Origin: Moniliella sp. 'wahieum'
Lineage: Eukaryota
Reading direction: 5' to 3'
Length of the DNA: 64,000 bases
Assembly: GCA_003971905.1 (NCBI GenBank)
Contig: RSEE01000043.1
Span: 186,001 to 250,000, forward strand
How positions within the stretch are numbered: position 1 is the first letter of the stretch; every line of letters begins with the position of its first letter. The notes beneath the pieces were generated by a model. The model searched no databases. It was not told where the DNA came from and saw only the letters and a list, made by a program, of their open reading frames with translations. Both the position numbers and the translations under genes were made by a program. Shown here piece after piece: positions 51,711 to 64,000 of the stretch.

Positions 51711-54700
51711 TTACGCTGCAATCTCGAACAGCAGGTCGGACTGCGAGACCGAGTCATTCGGCTCGACGAGGATACGCTTGACCTTACCAGAGACGGGGGA
51801 AGAAACGACAGTTTCCATCTTCATTGCGCTCAGCACAGCCAAGGGGTCACCTGCCTTGACCTGGTGCCCCACCTGGGCGCGCACCTCAACCACCACGGCG
51901 GCCAAGGGGGAGCCCACCTGGCCCGGCTCGCCAGGCTTGGCTCGCTCACGGTGCACTGCCTCCACAGCCGCACTCTTGTCTTCCACAATGATCGAGCGCG
52001 GTTCAGCATTCAGTTCAAAGAACACCTCACGCGTGCCACGCTCCGAGTTGACTGCACCCACAGCCAAAAGCTTGATGATGAGCAGCTTGCCACGGTCAAT
52101 GTAGGCGTGGATCTCTTCACCGACAGGGGCTTTGCTGAGGAAGTACCGGGTGGGGAGATGCGAAAGGTCACCGTATTTGGCCAAAAAGTCTTGCAGGTCC
52201 TCAAAGACCTTGGGGTACATGGCATAGCTAATGGCGTCGGCCGTAGTGATTGTCTTGCCATACTTTTTGGTCAGGTCCTTCTTGATCTGACGCAACTCGA
52301 TCGGAGCCATCGTGGCTCCGGGGCGCCCCTCAATCTTGGGTTTGCCACGCAAGATCTTGGTCCGCAGCGGCTCAGGGAAGCCACCGGGGGGAACGCCAAG
52401 GTAGCCTTGGAAGTACTCAATGACTGAGCTAGGGAAATCGAGCTTGTCGGCACGCTCTTCCACTTCGGCCGCAGTCAACTTATTGGCCACAAGGAACTGG
52501 GCAAAGTCACCGACAACCTTCGACGATGGAGTGACCTTGACAATATCACCACAAAGCTTGTTGGCTACAATGTAGGCCTTCTTAATTTCGCTCCATTGAC
52601 TTCCGAGACCAAGGGACATGGACTGGAACATGAGGTTGGTGTACTGTCCACCCGGCATCTCATGGTCAAACACGACGAATCCGACGCTTTGACTTCCTGC
52701 TCAAAGCATTGGTACAGTTGACGAACCGAAGTCCAGTACAGGTTGAGGGCCATGATGTCTTCGTGACGAATACCGGGACCAAGACCCGTCTGCTCGAGAG
52801 CGGCCACAAGCGCGCCCATCGACGGCTGGGACGTAAGGCCCGACATGGAATCGATTGCCACGTCCACCACATCGGCGCCCGCCTCGGCAGCAGCGAGCAT
52901 CGAGCTGAGCGCGATACCTGCCGTGTCGTGAGAGTGGACGTGAATGGGGAGGTCTGGGTACTTCTTCCGAATCGAGCCGATCAAGAGACGAGCCGCTGCG
53001 GGTTTTAGAAGACCAGCCATGTCCTTGACACCGAGGATGTGGATGCCTGTCTTGACCAGCTCGTCGACCAGGTTCATGTAGTATTCCAGGGTGTACTTCG
53101 GGTGCGCCTTCGGGTTGGCAACATCGCCAGTGTAGCACACCGTTCCCTCTGCCACACCACCTGCCTGTTTGGCAGCATCAATGCCCAGGCGCAGACTACC
53201 CAAATCGTTGAGCGAGTCAAAGACACGGAAGATGTCAAGACCATTCTCCACTGCCTTCTTGCTAAATTCGTAGATCAGGTTGTCCGGGTAAGATGTGTAA
53301 CCCACAGCGTTGGCTCCACGGACAAGTGCCTGGAAGGGAATGTTGGGAACAAGCTTGCGCAATTTGCGTAGTCGCTCCACGGATCTTCGTAAAGGAACCG
53401 CATCGCCACGTCAAACGTAGCTCCGCCCCAGCATTCAAGAGAAAACGCATTCTTCAGCGCATACGAGGTGGTCTTGGCAATGTTGGTCATCTCGATCGTA
53501 CGCAGCCGAGTAGCAAGAAGGGACTGGTGGGCGTCACGCCACGTCGTGTCCATGATGAGGGTGCCCTTGTACGCCCGCACAGCCTTGGCAAATGCTTCAG
53601 GCCCTTCGTGGAGAAGGATGGAGCGCCAGCCCTCCTGGCATGGGACCGCCGTGTCAATGGCCTTGGTCGGATCAGACGGGTCGTTCAGGCGAGGGATCTC
53701 AATGTCCGTTTTGAGCCCGGGCTCGCCCATCTGACCTTGGATGTGAGATCCATTGACGGCCATGTCACCCAGGTAAGCCAGAAGCTTCTGGGCCCGGTTC
53801 TGACTTGGAACGAGGTTAAACAGTTCAGGCGTGTCGTCAATCATGGTTGTCCAGGTGTTGGCCGAAGCAAAGGCATCATGGTGATGAGACGAACGAGGAA
53901 GGGGACGTTGGTCTTGACCCCGCGGATGCGGAACTCGACGAGTGCACGCAGCATTTTACGTCGTGTCACCTCGTACGTCGCACCACGGCACGTAACCTTG
54001 ACTAACAGCGAATCGTAGTGGGGCGTGATTTGCGCACCGGCAAAACCGCTGCTGGCATCCAGCCGCACACCATTCCCGCCGGCCGAACGGTAAACCTCAA
54101 TCTTCCCTGTGTCGGGCTGGAAGTTGTGGGTTGGGTCTTCCGTAGTGATGCGACACTGGATGGCAGAGCCACGCTTCTGGATAGTCTGCTGGGTCAAGCC
54201 CAGGTCGTCCAGCGTCGCGCCCGCCGCAATTTGGATCTGAGCACCAACAATGTCAATACCTGTGATTTCCTCAGTGATTGTGTGTTCGACTTGAAGACGC
54301 GGGTTGATCTCGATAAAGTAGTGGCGGTTTTGTTGGTCAACCAAAAACTCTGCTGTGCCCGCGTTGCGGTAGCCAGCCACCTTGGCAAGCTTGACCGCGT
54401 CGTTCAACAGAGCTTGACGAACTGTGTCGTTCAGGTTGGAAGCGGGAGCAACTTCGACGACCTTTTGGTGTCGACGTTGGACCGAGCAGTCACGCTCAAA
54501 CAAATGCACCACATTTCCCTCGCCATCGGCCAAAAGCTGCACTTCAATGTGCCGCGGGTGGTCGAGGAAACGTTCGATAAACACAGTTGCGTCCCCAAAC
54601 GCCGTCTTAGCTTCCGACTTGGCCATTGAGAAGGCTTGCTCAAACTCCTCGGGGCTGCGTACGACGCGCATGCCGCGACCGCCACCACCCATTGCGGCCT

Positions 54701-55384
54701 TGATAATCACAGGGAAACCCACATCTTTGATGAACTCCTTCGCTTCGCTGTAGCTCTCAATCGGACCAGGGGTACCGGGAACGATAGACACTCCAGCTCG
54801 ACGGGCGAGATCACGAGCCTTGACCTTATCGCCAAGTGCATCAATTGTCTCGGGGCGAGGGCCAATGAACGCAATGCCGGCCGCCTCGACCTTGCGTGCA
54901 AATTCGGCGTTTTCCGAGAGGAAACCGTACCCAGGGCTGGTGGAGGGAGAAACAAGCAGGGTCAGTTAAAAGTGCTCAACTCTCACGCGTTTTACCGATA
55001 AAGCAAGGAGACGCACTGGATCATGTCCACACCGTGGTCGAGGGCAATGCGGATAATGTCGTCAATGGCGAGGTAGGCGCCCACAGGGGACAGGCCCGCG
55101 CCAACCTGATAGGCCTCGTCTGCCTTCCAGCGATGGGCAGAGAGGCGGTCCTCATTCGAATAGAGAGCGACCGTGGTCATGGCGAGCTCATGGGCCGTGC
55201 GAAACACGCGGATCGCAATCTCGCCTCGGTTAGCCACCATGAGCTTGCGCAACGGCTCGCCATCGTCGGCGCCGCCCATGTTCTGGCGGATCTTGGCAAG
55301 AGTGGGGATGGCATGGCCTGTCAGCACGCTGGGGGTGGCAGGGACACTGACGAAGGGGTCGACGACCGAAGGGTGTTCCGCCAT
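51711..55384 (-). CDS. PYC1: Pyruvate carboxylase
   Basis: VANRGEIAIRVFR, IHPGYGFLSEN (spliced; intron ~54937-55014), HLFERDCSVQRRHQK, DTTWRDAHQSLLATR, HEMPGGQYTNL and biotin site SAMKME. About four 1-bp shifts. Confidence 0.98.
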
Positions 55385-57435
55385 GGTACCTCGAGCGTGG
55401 GGGTGTTCTGGGAAGGGAGGCGGGGATGGGGGTGGTGGGTAAGAGACTCAAGGCGGGGGAGGCGAGGTTGGGGGGGCATCATTGCATCAGGCCCTCTGGC
55501 CTCCGGGCAGCATCAGTGCATCAGCCATCGAGCATGCGTCACATTCACACACTGCCCGTCTGGAATCATAATCAGGCATCGCATGCATCATGCATCACGA
55601 ATCAGTGCTCCTTGCCATCAGCGCTGCTTTCGGCGCACAAGCCCAGTCTCCCCTCCACACACGTCCGTGCACACAGACGCCAAGCCCCCTGGCGCCTGGG
55701 CTGAGGCCGGGAGCCTAGACGGCGGCATCGACATCCTAGTGCCCCCCTGCTCCATTTAGTATAGCGGCACAGGGGCGCAGTCACACACCGCACTTCCCTG
55801 GTGGCAGCATTCTCTGGCAACTGGCGCTGAGCTGCAGCCTCAGGTGCAGTGCTAAGCACCAAGTCCGCATTCTGACACGGGGTCACTGGTCGCTAGTCCC
55901 CAGTCACTCCAGTTGCCCCGATTTTCCGAACAAGATAAGCTCCCCTTGGTCAGAGACCGGTGGTGACATCGATGATGCGATGATGGGGGCACGGCGACCG
56001 GTGACAGTGAAGTCACTGTTCACTTGTAGCCACTGCTGACCAGCCACTACATGACTCTCAGGGCTACGTTCCCCGTACCTTCCCCGTCTTCTCCTCGCCA
56101 CGGACGACAGTTCCGGCGACGACGACCATACCGATATGAGCCTGGCAGCAGCGACCGCTAAAAGTTGATTAAAACATTAACCGTTAACCAGATGCTAGTG
56201 TGATAACGAACAACCTCTCTGTCCAAAACTAACCTCAAGGGTCTCAGGGCCCAGGTTCAGGAGGTTACAGAAACTGAAGACTTCGAAGTTCACTAGATCC
56301 TTCAAAAGCTAGCTTCAAGCTAGCCTTAAGCTAGGCCTCCAGCTTAAAGCTTAACGGGTGCTTAACGTTTAACGTTTAGCGCTTAGCTTTTATCTCTACC
56401 TTACTGCGTTTTTTCCCCGGAGACGTGTTCGGTCACGGATGTCACTGATAGTTGAGGCTCAGCCAGTTGAGCGTTGAGGGTTGAGGACGTTGAACGTTGA
56501 ACGTTGAGGCTCAACCCTGTTGATGCATATCGGCTTCTTCGCCGCATTAGCGCTTCAAGCGTCAAGCTTCAAGCTTCAAGGTCAAAGCCTTTTCGTGCTT
56601 CAGGCTGATACGGAGACAGCAATTGTTGGACGGTAGAGGCGGGGAAACAGTAGCAGTGTACGCCAGTGCAGACTTGCCCAGCTTTCGATTGTAGCGGTCG
56701 GTTACAAACATGTATCAGTTTCGACCTTTTATACGTACTTCCACCTGATGTCTTTCCTGGCCTCCGATTTGTACCTGAGTGCGCTCACCACAATTTCTCC
56801 ATTCCGGCTTGCTTCGCCTTGCCCCGAGGGATCCTCCAAACGTCTCCACAATGTCGCCATTTAGTTACTCCTCCTTTTAATTGTCTGACTCCCGATCGGA
56901 CATGGTGAACTCATGAACACACGGAGCAAAGCAGGCAAAAGAAACTTTTCCAGGTGTGCAGGGGGCTTCATCCGTTTCAGAGCGATTGCAAAAGTCCGGG
57001 AGCTACATTGATTATGACGAACATCGGCTGCCGCGGACATGGATAATGCCCGTAGACGAGTCTCATCATAAGGACCTGGAGTCCAGTGGAGTGGCCTGCC
57101 CTTCACTTTAACTAAAACCAATGGCTCAAGAGCTAAAGACTACAAGACGTTGCATCGGCAACATCTCATCACTATCGATGCCTGGCCCAACCCATCCCCA
57201 AGAGTACGATGAAAGAGTCATAGGCTTGCAGTAAAGCAGAAGCCATGAACAAAGTATTTTTACTCGGGAGTCGCCCGAAAAACAGGATGCATCTCGGAAG
57301 AGGGCGCTTCAACCGCATACCAGCGTAAGGTATTCAACTTTGGTCGCCGTCCAAAACGACAAAGAGCCGAACGGTTGAGGCCCGACAGCGTCCCTTCTTG
57401 GTCGCCAAGTCCTTGGGAGTATGGTACGGAACCAC

Positions 57436-58272
57436 TTACTCCCAGGAGGTGATCGGCTGCTGGACAGCAGGAGCAGCGTCAGCGGCCCAGTCCTGAGCGC
57501 CAGCGGCCGGTTCGCTCCAGTCGAGAGCGGCCGCCTCGGGGGCACCCGTAGCGGGGAGAGCCTCGCCAAGCTCACCAGCCTCAGCCTCGCGCTCGGCAGC
57601 AGCCTTGGCGTCAGCAGCAGCCTGCTGCTCAGCCTCAATCTCCTGGGGGTCGCGGTAGAAGAACATGTCGGTCATGACGCCCCACGGCTCAGTGCGCGAG
57701 ACAGTGCCCTTGAGGCGCAGGACCTCACGGCAGAGCAGCCACCAGAGAAGGCCAACCGAGTGCTTGCCCTTGTTGTTACCGGGAATAGCCACGTCGACAA
57801 ACTTGAGGGGAGCGTCGGCATCGGCAAAGGCAATAACGGGAATGTTGACGTAGGACGCCTCGCGGATGGCCTGGTGGTCAACGCGGGGGTCGGTGACAAC
57901 AATCACGCGGGGCTCCTTGTAGGAGCGGACAATGTAGTTGGTGAAGGTACCGGGGGTGAAGCGGCCGGCAATGGCAGTAGCACCCGTGTTCGAGGCGAAC
58001 TTGAGCACCGCGCGCTGACCGTACTGACGGCCCGAGATGACGCAAATGTCGGCAGGGTTCTCAACGGCAGCAAGGATACGGGCAGCGAGGACGATCTTGC
58101 TCCACGTCTTGTTGAGGTTGATCAGCTGCACACCGTCGGCACGGCGCTTGTAGATGTAAGACTCCATGTCCTTGGTCACATTGGTGGTACCAATGTGGGT
58201 CTGAGCGGCGAGGAAGAGCTTGACCTCCTCCTCGGTAATGTTGAGCACTTGGGGCAGCTTGTCGGCGGACAT
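57436..58272 (-). CDS. RPS0: 40S ribosomal protein S0 (uS2)
   Basis: Intact intronless ORF from [46 protein letters not shown]. Confidence 0.98.
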   Translation of the reverse strand: MSADKLPQVLNITEEEVKLFLAAQTHIGTTNVTKDMESYIYKRRADGVQLINLNKTWSKIVLAARILAAVENPADICVISGRQYGQRAVLKFASNTGATAIAGRFTPGTFTNYIVRSYKEPRVIVVTDPRVDHQAIREASYVNIPVIAFADADAPLKFVDVAIPGNNKGKHSVGLLWWLLCREVLRLKGTVSRTEPWGVMTDMFFYRDPQEIEAEQQAAADAKAAAEREAEAGELGEALPATGAPEAAALDWSEPAAGAQDWAADAAPAVQQPITSWE

Positions 58273-59036
58273 TGCGATGTGGACAGACAGGCAGGGACGC
58301 GTGGAGAGAAGGAAAGGGGGGCGGCGCAGGCGCGCTTCATGAAGTGGGGGCGCGGCGGAGTTGGCGTTAGGGTTATGCCGCTGCACGGAGGGGCGGGCAG
58401 TGCAAGGTTCACATTTATTGCGCCGGACTTCCCCTCTGCCGTCTCCAGACTGCCTTGGGGTGGGCGGCACGTGACTGTAAGAGGTTGAAATTTGATTTGC
58501 CTCCAGTCACGCGCTCACGCAGCAATTCATATATCTGTCGGGTTTACGGGGTCGCCTTCCTGCTAATGCTGATGCCATGTGGTTGGCTACGTCTTCTTCA
58601 GCTAGCCTACTCACGTCTCTTTGCCTTACACCACCACCTGTATCTCGCGCCCGCTTACGACATACTCGGTACACCTCGTATCTCTCCGCTGTATTTTCGC
58701 GGTCTACATCTCAGAGACTATTGTATCTCGCTTGCGTCCTGGCATATTGCGTCGCTACAATGTCCCTCGCCCACATGTCTGATCCTGGAGTGGCTCGTAA
58801 CCGCAGCGTCTCACATAAAATCGAGGGCGATATACTCTTGTATATACACTCGACCTCTTCTACCTTGTGGACCTACTATCCTATTGTTAAAGTGACAAGC
58901 AACATATAGATTCAGCCAGTCCACGGGATGAAAGGGCCCCACAGACAAGCAGTGGTAGCGACAGGACACCTTATATGAAGGCAACGTCTGATGATGGCAA
59001 CCAACAATGATGGTGTTGCAGGCAGCAGACGCATAA

Positions 59037-62092
<3,056 letters not shown>

Positions 62093-63841
62093 GGCGGGGG
62101 GGTGGATAGGAAGAAGAGAAGATGGACCGTATGCGAGCCGACTGGTTTGGTGGTTTATTGGACGGGGGCGCCGCGTGGAGCGTCGGTGCAATTGCAGCGG
62201 CCCTCTACCGCTCCAGCCCCACCGCGTCTGGCTTGGCGTTCCACGTGGCCCGAGAAGCGGCGATTAGCCCCGGCCTCCGGCACGGCGCCAGTGTGCTGCA
62301 ATCGGCCCGCGGGTTCTCGGCCGCCGGCCGAAGCATCACGCATCGGGCCAGGCATCATGCATCGTGCTCTCTCTCTTGCTGCCTGTTCAAGCCAGCGCTG
62401 CAAGGGGTGCCCCACTAGCGCCACGTGGCCTGCAGGGCCCGCGTGGCAAGCACACGTGACTGTGATCAAACCGTGATGGGGGGGGTGCTTCCGCCTGCTG
62501 GCCGCTGCAGCAGGCCCCTGCCACCACCGCCTGCGACCCGCCTGCGCCGTGTCTGGCCATGGCCTTCCCGGTTGCTCCTGCGGCGGCCTCACGGCACAGT
62601 ATGCACCACCCAGCCGTGCTTCTTCCGCGCATGGCCCTCTCGCTCCGTCCAACGCTTTCGCCGTTCGTCCCTCCCTTGCCCTGTCATGCATGATCGCTCC
62701 ACACTTCGTCCTCGTCCTTCCCTGCTCATTCATATTCAAGGGCCGCCGGTGACATAAGGACGCGATGTGCACGACAATCACGTATGGGATGCGATTCTTC
62801 GGCAGCAGCCTGAGAACCCGCACGACCCTGCCGACTAAGCACCTGCAGGAGCTTGCCATCCGCATAGTAAGTCCTTGTTATATAATGCGTAGACTTCATT
62901 GTTAAATCATGGTGGCCTGTACGAGTACGCCACGGCCATCTCTTGGTGGAGCAACAGTGGGGGTATGCTCGTCCTCCGCGCTCGAGTGGGGAGAGAAAGC
63001 TGTGGAAGTGCGCGAGGGCTGAACTAATGACTGATTTCGGGCTTCGCTTATCTCTCGTGTGCGTTTCGTCGCGACATGCATTACGGTGATGACCGATGAA
63101 CGTGATGAACGCAGGACATCATGGCAATTGCGATCTCTCGCACTGACGCCAGCCGGAGAAGGATGGAATAACTTAGGCAGACGGCCGATGTGGAGGCAAG
63201 CAGCTATATACGCCCCTCCCCGACTCGTCATGCCGGCCCGGTCACCATGCCCATGCCCATGCATTCTTCGCCCGCTGACAACATCATGAAGTCTTAGTTA
63301 CTAGTTACCGGTTACCTCTCATAGACTGTGGTGACCGGTGACCGTCCTTTAAGATTGGGACGATATAATGGAAGACTCCACGGTGCGGCTGAGCACTGGC
63401 TGAACATCTTAGCTTTTGACGGCCGCACGTCTCTAATACCTCCCCTTAACAGTGACTACCCCTGTGCCCCACCTCCTCTGCCCCTGAAATGATTAACCTG
63501 TGGACCATGTGAACCCTGGCATAGATGAGCGCCACGAGAGAAAAGGAAGCAACGTTTGCTGCGCCTCCTCCCCACCTTTCTGTGTAGTGAAAAGTAGAGT
63601 ATAAAGGAGCTATACTCACTAGTCATTTCTCAGATCTCTGTCTCCCTTCTCCCTATCAGCCTCCCTGTGCTTCCCTTCTCCCCCGCCCCCCCTTTCACTT
63701 TCCTTTGGCCCGGTCGGTTGTTCATCAGTGCATTTTTCTCTTCTTTCTCCCTCTCGCAACCCGTTGTACGGTATCCTCCATCACTGTCTGATCATTTTCA
63801 CTCTTAACTTCCCCCTCCCCCCCCTTCCCCACCTCCTCAAC

Positions 63842-64000
63842 ATGGTTCTCTCTTGGCTCGCCACCCGCGACTCGGTCGAAAACAACCCGGTCGCGTCCAA
63901 CATCACCGTTGACTCTCATGGTTCTGACTTTGCTTGGGCCATTTTTGCGGTTCAGACCGTGTCTTCCTCTGTCTATCGTCTCATACATTCTTCTATGTCA
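63842..64000 (+). CDS. Fungal opsin-related / Hsp30-Yro2-FDD123 family protein (N-terminal fragment)
   Basis: MVLSWLATRDSVENNPVASNITVDSHGSDFAWAIFAVQ matches the family's NP...I..HGSDW.WA.FA.M start. TATAAA at ~63600 and a pyrimidine-rich leader. Not in the ORF track because it is truncated. Confidence 0.75.
   Translation, partial: MVLSWLATRDSVENNPVASNITVDSHGSDFAWAIFAVQTVSSSVYRLIHSSMS

Noticed and set aside
57421..58488. 355-aa antisense ORF and N-terminal extension of the RPS0 ORF
   Set aside because: The antisense ORF is a shadow of RPS0. The extension starts at a non-ATG codon, and MSADKLP is the expected start.

Overview
Gene-dense, GC-rich, intron-poor eukaryotic DNA from a basidiomycete fungus (gene style suggests Ustilaginomycotina; inference only). 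About 20 protein-coding loci are visible. Recognisable ones are TOM20 (partial), a mitochondrial phosphate carrier, SDA1, an IQM-type protein, a TFIIIC WD40 subunit, U1A/U2B'', a secreted RNase T2, an aldo-keto reductase, a full-length ABCB transporter, SHE9/MDM33, RCC1, an MRP51-like protein, pyruvate carboxylase, RPS0, a SERCA Ca2+-ATPase and the start of an opsin-related protein. There is also an intron-containing tRNA-Asn(GTT) and a 1.4 kb non-autonomous LTR element with a 5-bp TSD. Most long genes, including essential ones, are broken by scattered 1-bp indels, best explained as uncorrected assembly errors, so internal coordinates are approximate. The most unusual signals are: (1) a window-wide intergenic grammar of period-7 repeats made of many different palindromic hexamers (A-NNNN-T plus 1 nt); (2) two small secreted precursors with Kex2-like sites that the ORF track misses, one His/Lys-repeat and one with a duplicated helical domain; (3) a (GSGSY)n tail behind RNase T2; (4) an LTR element with a second, nested set of LTR termini.
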